From positions 205,259 to 269,258 of the forward strand of contig CAYPKR010000002.1 of the NCBI GenBank assembly GCA_964411375.1: a stretch of DNA of 64,000 bases, given 5' to 3'. Below the pieces are notes generated by a model, which was given only the letters and a program-made list of their open reading frames with translations, ran no database searches and was not told the DNA's origin. The stretch comes from an uncultured Candidatus Saccharibacteria bacterium. Lineage in GTDB: Bacteria > Patescibacteriota > Minisyncoccia > Phycocordibacterales > UBA12088. Positions within the stretch are counted from its first letter, which is position 1, and every line of letters starts with the position of its first letter. Positions 1-8,845 of the stretch are shown one piece after another. The position numbers and the translations under genes are program-made.

Positions 1-692
1 CCTCCCGCAGCAAGATTCAAATACACCGCTTCATCTGCTGAATATCCGGAGAGCCGGAGGAGAGAAACGGAGAGAGAAGAAATTATCCCGGTGAGCAATA
101 CCGTAATTGCAGTTCCGGCAAATGCCGCATGCGTAATCCGATTCCATCCGTGGGTAAGATACATTACCATTCCTAAGATTCCCGCCGATACAGCAACAGC
201 AACTGGCACTGGCGACCATCCTTTAATAAGTAGGGGTAAAAGAATCCAAATAAGTGCAGCAATGCTTGCCGCAAGCGAAATAATCGCACGCACTCCAATC
301 AATCCAGAAAAAATAATTACAATTCCTGCACCAAGCACGGTAAGCCACACCAATCCCATTCGGCGGTCGACATCTTGGAGAAAGTAGGTGCTATCGCCAT
401 TTTGATAGGTTTGTTGTACCAAAAGAAAACGGTCACCGACTTTTACATCGGTAAAATCATTTTTTACGGTGACGATCTTTCCTGCGTCCGGTCCAGTAAG
501 GACATGTGCCTGGAGTGTTTGCTCGTGAGCGATCGAACTTGTTCCAGGAATCGTTTCAGTGCCTGAGTCAGTAATTGCAATTACTTCCGCTGTTTCGGTA
601 CGGGTCGTTCCGTATGGATCGTCGGTGGTATACGCCGATGTGAGCATTGGAAATATGAGTACCAATGTTCCGATATATATCAGTAGTCGCAT
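1..692 (-). CDS. YibE/F-like integral membrane protein (3' end beyond window start)
   Basis: Manual reverse-strand translation from the ATG (revcomp of 690-692) gives a signal-like N-terminus, a ~90-aa soluble region, then several TM helices (LVWLTVLGAGIVIIFSGLIG, LAASIAALIWILLPLL, VAVAVSAGILGMVMYL). The frame stays open to position 1. The ORF track omits it because the stop lies outside the window, and the + ORFs at 91..387 and 375..566 are antisense to it. Confidence 0.4.
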   Translation of the reverse strand, partial: MRLLIYIGTLVLIFPMLTSAYTTDDPYGTTRTETAEVIAITDSGTETIPGTSSIAHEQTLQAHVLTGPDAGKIVTVKNDFTDVKVGDRFLLVQQTYQNGDSTYFLQDVDRRMGLVWLTVLGAGIVIIFSGLIGVRAIISLAASIAALIWILLPLLIKGWSPVPVAVAVSAGILGMVMYLTHGWNRITHAAFAGTAITVLLTGIISSLSVSLLRLSGYSADEAVYLNLAAG

Positions 693-712
693 ACCAGAAT
701 AGTATGCCGCGC

Positions 713-1438
713 CTATAAAGACGCAAGTGAGACAACAATAAATAGGACGACGGCGCCGAGGATCGTCATGAAAGTCGTCCAAGCAGTTGGATGGGCATGG
801 TGGCTTTCTGGCAAGAGATCAGCGGCGCCAATATAGAAGAAGAATCCAGCAAACAGCGCGAGTACAATTGAAAGTCCTTGTTCAGGTAATTGAAATAACA
901 AAGTGGAAGCAGCGCCGAGGATCGGCGCAATCGCATCAACGAGAAGCCAACGAAAAGCATTCTTTGAATCGCCTTTGTTTTTAAGAATAAGATTGACGGT
1001 GTTGATGCCATCAGAAAAGTCATGTGTTAAGACTGCCGCAGCAACAATTGCAGCAACGGCAGGAGAAACTTGAAATCCAAGACCGATCGCAACACCGTCG
1101 AGAAAACTGTGAATCGCAAGAGTTCCTGCACCAAACCGACCACGACGGACATTTGCAACTGGTGATCCGTCATCTTCATGGTGCGTGTGAAAAACGATGA
1201 AGCGGTCAAGAAGCAAGTAAATCATGAATCCAAATGCAGTGATTGCAGTAACGTGTCCGATATTAAAATAGTTGCTCCCGAGTTCAATCGCCTCCGGAAG
1301 CAAATCAAAAAAAGCGACACCGATAACGGCGCCGGCACTAAAACCAAGTACTAAATGGAGTCGATCCTTAAATCGGAGCGCAAACGCACCACCGGCAAGT
1401 GTTGCTAAAAATGCAGAGAAGCTGATGACGAATATCAT
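713..1438 (-). CDS. zupT: ZIP family divalent metal (zinc) transporter, ZupT-like
   Basis: HSFLDGVAIGLGFQ and HHEDDG motifs and 8 predicted TM segments. The tracked ORF begins at TTG 1474; I trimmed to the internal Met (MIFVISF). Confidence 0.8.
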   Translation of the reverse strand: MIFVISFSAFLATLAGGAFALRFKDRLHLVLGFSAGAVIGVAFFDLLPEAIELGSNYFNIGHVTAITAFGFMIYLLLDRFIVFHTHHEDDGSPVANVRRGRFGAGTLAIHSFLDGVAIGLGFQVSPAVAAIVAAAVLTHDFSDGINTVNLILKNKGDSKNAFRWLLVDAIAPILGAASTLLFQLPEQGLSIVLALFAGFFFYIGAADLLPESHHAHPTAWTTFMTILGAVVLFIVVSLASL

Positions 1439-1465
1439 GGTAAATAGCGTAGCATCCTGTATTTT

Positions 1466-1488
1466 TAAATGCAAGTTTTTTGCATTTA
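1466..1488. promoter_or_regulatory. Palindromic operator TAAATGCAAgttttTTGCATTTA between divergent zupT and fur-family genes (candidate Zur/Fur box)
   Basis: A perfect 9-bp inverted repeat with a 5-bp AT spacer, centred in the 77-bp divergent intergenic region. The AAATG...CATTT arms resemble Zur/Fur-type operators. Confidence 0.5.
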
Positions 1489-1515
1489 CTTCAGAGATTC
1501 TGTATACTCTCCGTA

Positions 1516-1977
1516 ATGCATACCTCTACAAAACACATTGCTTCTGCCGACCACACTTCGTCACTTCACACTGCCGGTCTTCGTGCAACACCACATCGAC
1601 TGCAATTACTTTCGATCTTAGAAGGTCGACACTTCCCTCTTTCTTTGCCCGAAATTGAAAAAGAATTTGGACGTACAAAAATCAGTCAGGTGACAATATA
1701 TCGTATGCTTGAAATATGTATGCGCGCCGGAATAGTAGTAGAAGTAAAAAATGCAAAGGAACGACGCTTTGAATTGGCTCAGCGTATAACTGGTTCTCAC
1801 CATCACCATATCACCTGTACGAACTGCGGTACCGTTGAAGACATTGAGGAATGCCGCCTTGATGCAATTATTCCGAGCGCCCTTACCGAATCCAAAAAAT
1901 TCAAAACGATCGGCAATCATTCGTTGGAGTTGTTTGGTACTTGTACTGATTGCACTCGCTCCTCCACCCGCACCTAG
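1516..1977 (+). CDS. zur: Fur family transcriptional regulator (likely Zur)
   Basis: A winged-helix region (TKISQVTIYRMLEICMRAG), an HHHH metal site and a CTNCGTVEDIEEC CxxC motif typical of Fur/Zur. It is divergent from the ZIP transporter. I trimmed the start to the internal ATG (MHTSTKH). Confidence 0.8.
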   Translation: MHTSTKHIASADHTSSLHTAGLRATPHRLQLLSILEGRHFPLSLPEIEKEFGRTKISQVTIYRMLEICMRAGIVVEVKNAKERRFELAQRITGSHHHHITCTNCGTVEDIEECRLDAIIPSALTESKKFKTIGNHSLELFGTCTDCTRSSTRT

Positions 1978-2013
1978 CTTCCCACGATTACAACCCGCGC
2001 TATAATTACTCCA

Positions 2014-2670
2014 ATGCGAATACATCAGGTGCTCATTTTTTGTGCGATCTTATTGGTGGCTGTGATTGGCGGAAGTTTTCTCTATGCCAAGTACAAATAT
2101 CAGGTGCCCGAATATACCGCCTGCACGATGGAAGCAAAAATATGCCCCGACGGAAGTACGGTTGGACGAAGTGGACCAAAATGCGAATTTGCCGAATGTC
2201 CACCAAGTACCGCGACGACTTCGACTCAAGCCACTACGACAACGACTGCTACAACAACAGTAAAAACAGAACCATCGAAAACAAAACCAATTCGTTCTTT
2301 ATCTGGAAAAGTACTTGCGGGCTCGCTTGGTGCCTCTCCGCTTCTTGAATTTAATCGATCGGATTATTTGTCCGCTGTTGATTCAAAAAAATTGATCGTG
2401 CTCTTTTTCTACACCAGTTGGGATCAATTTTCACAATCAGAATTTGAAAGTCTCGAGAGTACATTCGATTCACTTCCGTCTGGGGCGATTGGGTTTCGTG
2501 CGCATTTCAACGACAGCATTACGAGCGCAGACGAAAAATTACTCGCGCGTGATCTAAATATCGGCGCAACACGCACCAAAATCATCATGCGTGGCGACAC
2601 CGTACTTCTGAAGACTGAGGATGCGTGGATGGATAACGATTTTAAAACCGAGATTAGTTCTCGAATGTAA
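2014..2670 (+). CDS. Membrane-anchored protein with a 4-Cys knot and a C-terminal thioredoxin-like fold lacking CxxC
   Basis: An N-terminal TM segment, CPDGSTVGRSGPKCEFAECP, a Thr-rich linker, then LIVLFFYTSWDQFSQ where a Trx WCxxC motif would normally sit. Confidence 0.4.
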   Translation: MRIHQVLIFCAILLVAVIGGSFLYAKYKYQVPEYTACTMEAKICPDGSTVGRSGPKCEFAECPPSTATTSTQATTTTTATTTVKTEPSKTKPIRSLSGKVLAGSLGASPLLEFNRSDYLSAVDSKKLIVLFFYTSWDQFSQSEFESLESTFDSLPSGAIGFRAHFNDSITSADEKLLARDLNIGATRTKIIMRGDTVLLKTEDAWMDNDFKTEISSRM

Positions 2671-2674
2671 TTAT

Positions 2675-3382
2675 ATGCACGTTACTTTATTCATTTCATT
2701 TACCGCGGGAGTAATCTCTTTTCTTTCTCCATGTGTACTGCCAATCGTGCCAGGTTTTCTTGCCTATCTCGCAGGGGCCGGAACCAGTGGCACGACACCA
2801 AAGCGCCGCGAAGTGTTTATCAATAGTATCTTTTTTGTACTTGGCTTTTCGCTTGTCTTCGCACTCCTTGGCATTCTCTTAAATACGATTCTTCAGTCGA
2901 TTGCGTATAGCGTGCAAACGTGGCTCGGACGAATTGGAGGTGCAGTAATTATTTTCTTCGGGCTCTACTTGATGGGACTTATTACTATCGATTTTCTAAA
3001 TCGCGAATACAAGATTGGGGTACATACTTCATTCAAATCGAGATACCTAACGTCATTCGTGTTCGGACTCGCATTTGCCGCCGGATGGACGCCGTGTGTT
3101 GGCGCGGTTCTTGGTGCAATTCTTGGACTTGCGGCTGCTGCACCAGGCTCCGCATTTGCACTTCTCTTCACCTACGCGATTGGACTTGGTATTCCCTTTC
3201 TCTTGGTTGGTCTCTTCGCCGCAGAAGCAAATCTATTTTTGAATCGCTTGGCCGGCGCCGCAACGTACATAAACGTGATCTTTGGAGTGTTGCTCGTGGG
3301 AATTGGAATTCTGATTTTTACCGGGGAATTGTCGCTGATTGGAAATTTTGGATTTGTTAATAATTTTCTCCTTTCACAATGA
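2675..3382 (+). CDS. ccdA: Cytochrome c-type biogenesis / thiol-disulfide electron transporter CcdA (DsbD core)
   Basis: FLSPCVLPIVPGFLAY and WTPCVGAVLGAIL are the paired Cys motifs of CcdA/DsbD, with 6 predicted TM segments. Confidence 0.85.
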   Translation: MHVTLFISFTAGVISFLSPCVLPIVPGFLAYLAGAGTSGTTPKRREVFINSIFFVLGFSLVFALLGILLNTILQSIAYSVQTWLGRIGGAVIIFFGLYLMGLITIDFLNREYKIGVHTSFKSRYLTSFVFGLAFAAGWTPCVGAVLGAILGLAAAAPGSAFALLFTYAIGLGIPFLLVGLFAAEANLFLNRLAGAATYINVIFGVLLVGIGILIFTGELSLIGNFGFVNNFLLSQ

Positions 3383-4533
3383 ACGGAAAAACTCGCATTA
3401 TTCTTCTTGCGCTTGTTGCGATAGCAATTGTCGGAACGATTTGGTATTTGGAAATGGGGAAAGCAAGCCCAGGAGCAATTACAGTTGAAGGAGTTGATAT
3501 TGCAAAACCAAATGCAACAACCACAACGACTGCGCCGATTGATAATTCCAAAAGCAATCGAGGTGGAAAGGCAGCATTTTTCCCTTCGGCAAAAGAGTTT
3601 GTACAGCCACAAGGATTTATTAATACGCCAGAGTTTAAACTCTCTGAACTCGTCGGGAAAAAAGTAGTACTTATTGATTTTTGGACATATAGCTGTATCA
3701 ACTGCATTCGCACACTTCCCTACCTCAAAGCATGGTATGCAAAATATAAAGATTCAGGATTTGAAATTGTTGGCGTTCACACACCTGAATTTGATTTTGA
3801 AAAACAAATCACCAACGTACGACAAGCAGTGAACAAATTTGGCATCACGTATCCCGTAGTTCTCGACAGCAATTATGGCACATGGGGTGCGTATAAAAAT
3901 CAATATTGGCCGCATGAATATCTCATTGATATCGATGGGTATATTGTGCACGATCATATTGGCGAAGGTGGGTATGAAGAGACCGAGCGGGCTATTCAAA
4001 ATGCGCTTCAGGAGCGAAAAATGGTACTTGGTGAAGAAGGTGGGGTACCGACAGGAGTCGTGAATCCCGCTGGAGTTGAAGTAGTACACTCTGGAGCGCC
4101 AATTAGTCCAGAAACATATTTTGGATCGGCACGAAATGAATATTTAGGAAATGGAACCCGTCTCACTGAAAGCGGACAAACACTTACCGTACCGAAAGAT
4201 CAAAATACCAATACGCTCTATCTTGGCGGAACGTGGGAATTCTCAAAAGAGAGTGCGGTAAATAAAACGACGAATGCAGAAATCGTATATCCGTATCAGG
4301 CACAAAAAGTATTTTTTGTCGCAAGTTCACTCTCCGGTATTAAAGTCCAGGTATTAATTGATGGTGCAGCTCCTGGCGCGCGTGCTGGAGCAGATGTCGA
4401 CAAAGATGGATATGTCACGATCAAAGAGAATCGTCTCTATCGATTGATTGAAGACAGCGAGTGGGGTTCTCATACGATCAAACTGATTATTCCGGCAGCA
4501 GGGCTAAATGCATTTACCTTTACATTTGGATAA
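3379..4533 (+). CDS. TlpA/ResA-like thiol-disulfide oxidoreductase with a DipZ-type C-terminal domain
   Basis: The Trx motif FWTYSCINCIRTLP is followed by VGVHTPEFDFEK...YWPHEYLIDIDGYI and a ~200-aa extension, as in the mycobacterial DipZ C-terminal half. It overlaps ccdA by ATGA, so the two are probably one operon. Confidence 0.75.
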   Translation: MNGKTRIILLALVAIAIVGTIWYLEMGKASPGAITVEGVDIAKPNATTTTTAPIDNSKSNRGGKAAFFPSAKEFVQPQGFINTPEFKLSELVGKKVVLIDFWTYSCINCIRTLPYLKAWYAKYKDSGFEIVGVHTPEFDFEKQITNVRQAVNKFGITYPVVLDSNYGTWGAYKNQYWPHEYLIDIDGYIVHDHIGEGGYEETERAIQNALQERKMVLGEEGGVPTGVVNPAGVEVVHSGAPISPETYFGSARNEYLGNGTRLTESGQTLTVPKDQNTNTLYLGGTWEFSKESAVNKTTNAEIVYPYQAQKVFFVASSLSGIKVQVLIDGAAPGARAGADVDKDGYVTIKENRLYRLIEDSEWGSHTIKLIIPAAGLNAFTFTFG

Positions 4534-4542
4534 TAGATATAC

Positions 4543-4580
4543 AAAACCGGCGCGGACATTCGTCCGCGCCGGTTTTGTTT
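4543..4580. terminator. Bidirectional intrinsic terminator (AAAACCGGCGCGGACattcGTCCGCGCCGGTTTT)
   Basis: A GC-rich hairpin flanked by A and T runs, sitting between convergent genes. Confidence 0.55.
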
Positions 4581-4588
4581 TTTCTGAT

Positions 4589-5353
4589 TTATTTCGCAAC
4601 GACTACTTTGGTAATCGTAATCGGAGTTGTTGGCACGTCTCCTGCGGCAGTTGGTGTGTTGTTGATCGCATCAACGACATCAAGTCCTGCAGTTACTTTC
4701 CCAAAGACCGTGTAGCCACCGTTTAGGAATGCATTATCGACAGCATTGATGAAAAATTGGCTACCGCTTGAATGTGGTGCGCCGGTATTTGCCATCGCAA
4801 TTGTTCCCCGCGTATTGACGAGTCCATTTTGAAATTCATCGGCGATCGTGTAGCCCGGGCCACCGGTTCCCCAACGTGCTTTTGCAGAATCATCTTTGGT
4901 AAGCGGATCTCCTGCCTGATCCATAAATCCTTTGATGACGCGATGGAATTTTACGCCATCATAAAATCCGCTCTCCGCAAGCTTTACGAAATTAGCGACA
5001 GTTATTGGCGCATGCGCCGCGTCAAGTTCGATTGTGATATTTCCTTTTGTTGTTTGCAGTGTGACCGTTGGATTCATAGAAGTTGTATTAGTTGTTGGTT
5101 GCGGCTGGTTGGTAGTTTCGGTTGCATTGTTAGTCGCCTGCCCATTTGCTCCATCAGGATTCTGATTCACGTCGGTGCCATATGCGTTCGTCGTCACTTC
5201 ATCTTTCGGTGAACTATTTCCTCTCATGGACATCCACCAAAATACTCCTCCGACTATAATAATTCCGGCAATAACGCCGAGGTACATACTTTTATTCATA
5301 CCAAAAGAGTATAACAAAGCATTAAAAATAGTTCGACCCCGAGCGCTAAGCAT
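4589..5353 (-). CDS. ppiB: Peptidyl-prolyl cis-trans isomerase, cyclophilin type (membrane anchored)
   Basis: HRVIKGFMDQAGDP, GTIAMANTGAPHSSGSQFFIN and YTVFGKV are cyclophilin signatures. There is an N-terminal TM segment and a low-complexity linker. Confidence 0.85.
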   Translation of the reverse strand: MLSARGRTIFNALLYSFGMNKSMYLGVIAGIIIVGGVFWWMSMRGNSSPKDEVTTNAYGTDVNQNPDGANGQATNNATETTNQPQPTTNTTSMNPTVTLQTTKGNITIELDAAHAPITVANFVKLAESGFYDGVKFHRVIKGFMDQAGDPLTKDDSAKARWGTGGPGYTIADEFQNGLVNTRGTIAMANTGAPHSSGSQFFINAVDNAFLNGGYTVFGKVTAGLDVVDAINNTPTAAGDVPTTPITITKVVVAK

Positions 5354-5380
5354 CGGGGTCGATAGATTTGACTACGGAAA

Positions 5381-5995
5381 TTAGTTCACCCAAAGAGTCT
5401 GGCGAAAGTACAGTATCAGACCATAACCTTGGGTACAGGAAAATATAGCTTTGGTAGCGCTATCAATCCAGAGAATTGTTTGGTATCCGTTTGGCCATAT
5501 ATCCGATACCTTGACCGAAGCGGCATTCTCGAACTTGTTCTTGAAGGCGGGGACTTGCCTAAGTACGTTCGCAGATAATTCTCCGGAACAAGCTCCACCA
5601 AGGGGTTCGAATCCGTCATCTGAACCCCATACTCCATCACCACCGGGACCATTAGGAATAAATGTATATTCGCAGTGGACCAAGCGGGTGGTACACAAAT
5701 CCTTGAATATCGTTTCCTTGTTTCCCATTACCGGTTTCGATATATCGATGATCGGTTGTTCAGATAAAAGCCGATCATCTCCGTGATCTGCCCTAGCAGT
5801 TGGAGAAAGGAATCCAAAAATAATCATGCCGACAACCAGAGCCCCCTTCCGTGCGCGTATTTTCTTCAAATCTTCTGCAGCAGTTTTCAAGAGTTGCGAA
5901 CCGACCAACAATCCAGCGGTCAGAATGGTCGCAAACATCACCGCTCCTTTGATTACAATCTCCAATGTCGTATCTGGACCTACAGGCTCCATCAT
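5381..5995 (-). CDS. Hypothetical membrane/secreted protein
   Basis: A 204-aa ORF with two N-terminal hydrophobic segments and no recognisable motif. Confidence 0.35.
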   Translation of the reverse strand: MMEPVGPDTTLEIVIKGAVMFATILTAGLLVGSQLLKTAAEDLKKIRARKGALVVGMIIFGFLSPTARADHGDDRLLSEQPIIDISKPVMGNKETIFKDLCTTRLVHCEYTFIPNGPGGDGVWGSDDGFEPLGGACSGELSANVLRQVPAFKNKFENAASVKVSDIWPNGYQTILWIDSATKAIFSCTQGYGLILYFRQTLWVN

Positions 5996-6069
5996 TGAAT
6001 TTCCCTTCTAGAAGTTGCTGGAAGATTTAGTCTACAAGCAAAATGCCATGCGGTACAAAAAAAGTCAAT

Positions 6070-8382
6070 TTATTTCGCGACCGCGACCGCTTCTTCGAAT
6101 TTGACTGACAAGAGTTTTGAAATACCGTCCGAGCCCATAGTAACGCCATAGAGAACGCCGGCGCGGCTCATCGTTTCGCGATTGTGCGTGATGACGATAA
6201 GCTGTGATTTCTTTCCGAGGTTTTCGATCATATCGCCATAGCGACGTGAATTGGCTTCATCAAGCGCCGCATCGGTTTCGTCGAGAATAAGGAATGGCGG
6301 TGGATTGACCTGCGACATTGCAAAAATAAGCGCAATCGAAGTAAGTGCTCGTTCGCCACCGGAGAGCATCGCGAGACCACGGATTCGTTTGTTTGGTAAA
6401 TTGACTGACACATCAACACCTTCTTCAGTATCACTTGGTTCTTCAACTTCCTTTTCATCTCCATCAAGTGAGAGAATATTTGGAGAAATCTTTTTTCGTT
6501 TTTCTTCTTCAACCAATACGAGCTTCGCTGTCCCGCCACCAAACATGAGTTCAAAGAATGTGCCGAATTCCTTCGAGATTTTGTCGATGCCGAGCCCAAA
6601 TTCGATATTTAGTTTATCTTCGAGTTCCACAATGAGGTTGTGGAGCGTTTCGGCAGATTTCTCTAGATCTGCAAGTTCACGCGTCAAAAACAAATCACGT
6701 TCTTTGACCTCCGTGTACTCTTTCATCAAATCATCTGCGGAAGCACCTCCGAGTTCTTCAAGCCGGATCTTCATTTTTTCAAGCGAGCGACGTCGATCTT
6801 CTTGAATGCTTCGCTCCTCTTCAAGCATTTCATGGAGCGGAATCTCGATAGAATGCTTGTCTACTATGCGAATGTTTTTATAGTGCGCCGCTTCAATTCC
6901 GATCAAGGCACTTGCTTCTCGAAGCTCATTTTCAAAGGCGTCCTTGAGGCGAGCGAGATCGTGTCGGCGCATTTCAATCGATTGTAGGATGCTTCGCACT
7001 TCGCTTTGACGGGCCATGATTTCAAAGAGCGCCCGCTCCGATTCACGCCCTTTATCTTTTTTACTTTCAATTTCTGATTTGAGCGCAAGATAGCGTTCTT
7101 CAAGTTTTGCTTCTTCCGCCTCCGCTTCTTTAATCGACGAAGAAATCCTCGCGTGTTTGTCGCGAAGTGAAGAAATCAGTTGTTTGCTTTCATCAATTGA
7201 ATGCCCTGCCCCGTTCGACTTAATATGTGCCATGAAATCGCGAAGACGAGAAAGCATCTTGTCGATAAGGCCATGAATATGCGAGACACTTTCTCCTTTT
7301 TTTGATGCATGGAGCTCACTCTCCAAATCATCCGCAAATGATTCTATCGTGTGAAGCGGCACTGAAACATCTTTTCCTGCTTCTCTCGCCCGCTCTTCTC
7401 TTTCTACACGACGCTCTTCTGAAACAATTTCTCCTTCGAGACGACCAAGATCGCGTGAGAGCGTATCCTTTGCGGTACGTGCATCCCGGAGATCGTTTTC
7501 GATCGACAATACTTCGTCACTTTTTGCGTCATGTGAATCAGATTCTTGGAGAATTCTCTTTGCGTCATCGAGGCGGCGATCGAGCTCTTTCATCTCACTC
7601 TCTGGGGTCGTCGCTTCATTTTGAAGTTTGTCGGACGCGTGGGTAATGTATATTTCCTCGCGCTTTAAATATTCTTGATATGTTGAAACGAGTTCTTCAC
7701 GAAGCAACACTGCTTTTTGAAGCTTCTCAACTTGTCGCTCGAGAAAGCGAAGATGCGGCGCATTTTCTTTCCGCAGCGCTTCTACTTGCTTTCGATTTTC
7801 TTCAGTTTTTTCAAGCTTCTTGATGCTCTCTTCACGCTTGTATTGATAGATGCGGAGCCCCAAAGCATCTTCGATCATTGCTCTGCGCTCTTTTGGGTTT
7901 GCAGAAAGAACGCGATCGGCTTCACCTTGCGAAATAATATGATGTCCTGATGCGCCGATATTCGCTCCAGCAAGAAGCTCAATAACATCGCGAAGACGTA
8001 CCTTGCTTCCATTTATTATGTATTCGTTTTCTCCATCACGATGGACGGCGCGCTCGACTGACACTTCATCAAAATCAATTTGAAGGAGTCTAGCACTCGA
8101 TCCATCAGCTTTTTTGGTAGGACGATTATCAAATACAACTTTGACCGACGCGCGATTCATGCGTGACGTCGATCCAGAACCATTAAAAATAAGATCTTCG
8201 CCACGCTTACCGCGCATCGATTTGATCGATTGTTCGCCAAGCACAAATCGAAATGCTTCTGCCACATTCGATTTACCCGAGCCATTTGGACCAACAATAG
8301 AAGTAATCGCCGAGCTAAATTCTAGATCGGTTTTCTTGGCGAACGATTTAAAGCCGGAGAGCTCGAGACTCTTCAGATACAT
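6070..8382 (-). CDS. smc: SMC-family chromosome-partition ATPase, short (770 aa) with no recognisable hinge
   Basis: It has the N-terminal Walker A (IVGPNGSGKSNVAEAFRFVLGEQS) and a C-terminal LSGGERALTSIALIFAM...LILDETDAALD signature. Only ~430 aa of coiled coil lie between the heads. Confidence 0.7.
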   Translation of the reverse strand: MYLKSLELSGFKSFAKKTDLEFSSAITSIVGPNGSGKSNVAEAFRFVLGEQSIKSMRGKRGEDLIFNGSGSTSRMNRASVKVVFDNRPTKKADGSSARLLQIDFDEVSVERAVHRDGENEYIINGSKVRLRDVIELLAGANIGASGHHIISQGEADRVLSANPKERRAMIEDALGLRIYQYKREESIKKLEKTEENRKQVEALRKENAPHLRFLERQVEKLQKAVLLREELVSTYQEYLKREEIYITHASDKLQNEATTPESEMKELDRRLDDAKRILQESDSHDAKSDEVLSIENDLRDARTAKDTLSRDLGRLEGEIVSEERRVEREERAREAGKDVSVPLHTIESFADDLESELHASKKGESVSHIHGLIDKMLSRLRDFMAHIKSNGAGHSIDESKQLISSLRDKHARISSSIKEAEAEEAKLEERYLALKSEIESKKDKGRESERALFEIMARQSEVRSILQSIEMRRHDLARLKDAFENELREASALIGIEAAHYKNIRIVDKHSIEIPLHEMLEEERSIQEDRRRSLEKMKIRLEELGGASADDLMKEYTEVKERDLFLTRELADLEKSAETLHNLIVELEDKLNIEFGLGIDKISKEFGTFFELMFGGGTAKLVLVEEEKRKKISPNILSLDGDEKEVEEPSDTEEGVDVSVNLPNKRIRGLAMLSGGERALTSIALIFAMSQVNPPPFLILDETDAALDEANSRRYGDMIENLGKKSQLIVITHNRETMSRAGVLYGVTMGSDGISKLLSVKFEEAVAVAK

Positions 8383-8414
8383 GGAAATATTTTAGCATGG
8401 GATATAAAAGTTTG

Positions 8415-8438
8415 AGCGGCGCCTGCTTGCAGGCGCCG
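8415..8438 (-). terminator. Intrinsic terminator GCGGCGCCTGCttgcAGGCGCCGC
   Basis: A perfect 10-bp GC stem, followed on the minus strand by CAAACUUUUAUAU. It closes the small-ORF unit upstream of smc. Confidence 0.55.
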
Positions 8439-8449
8439 CTGATTCGTCA

Positions 8450-8641
8450 CTACCCCCGATATTGTATCGAGTAGGTGCGTTCTAGAGCTCTTCGAACTGG
8501 ATCGCCGCGCCCCGGCCCCTTACGAGGCTTTATTCGGCCTGGTGGGCGAGGTGGCAAAGCACTTTTCCGCGCTTCAAGCGGTCTGTTACACCAATTGATA
8601 TCAACTTCCCGCAGAAGTGGTTTTTTTGAGCCGGAGTGCAT
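8450..8641 (-). CDS. Small basic Pro/Arg/Gly-rich protein (63 aa), second of two small ORFs with Shine-Dalgarno sequences
   Basis: GGAGAGGG lies 6-7 nt upstream of the ATG, its stop is 8 nt before the terminator, and it sits in a GC-rich island. I could not identify the product, and an ncRNA is the alternative. Confidence 0.3.
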   Translation of the reverse strand: MHSGSKKPLLREVDINWCNRPLEARKSALPPRPPGRIKPRKGPGRGDPVRRALERTYSIQYRG

Positions 8642-8653
8642 GGTTTCCCTCTC

Positions 8654-8845
8654 CTATTTCTGAGAAAGTGAGGAGAGAAAACGAGCTTGCTCTTCTCCAA
8701 CCCTTGGTGAGTTAGGAATGAAATTAAGATGATACTTTCCGAAATCAGCGATTGCTTGCGGACTCCAGTTAGATGACTGGACGGGCACCAATAGAAAACC
8801 GCCCTTAGGCGCACGCTGTTGTAGATATCCAATTGTGACTAGCAA
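8654..8845 (-). CDS. Small hypothetical protein (63 aa, TTG start), first of two small ORFs with Shine-Dalgarno sequences
   Basis: AGGAGGGG lies 6 nt upstream of a TTG start, and its stop overlaps the SD of the next ORF. Confidence 0.25.
   Translation of the reverse strand: MLVTIGYLQQRAPKGGFLLVPVQSSNWSPQAIADFGKYHLNFIPNSPRVGEEQARFLSSLSQK

Noticed and set aside
91-566. Plus-strand ORFs 91..387 and 375..566 (98 and 63 aa)
   Set aside because: They are low-complexity translations antisense to a long, uninterrupted minus-strand frame (1..692) that encodes a plausible multi-TM YibE/F-like protein, so they are shadow ORFs.
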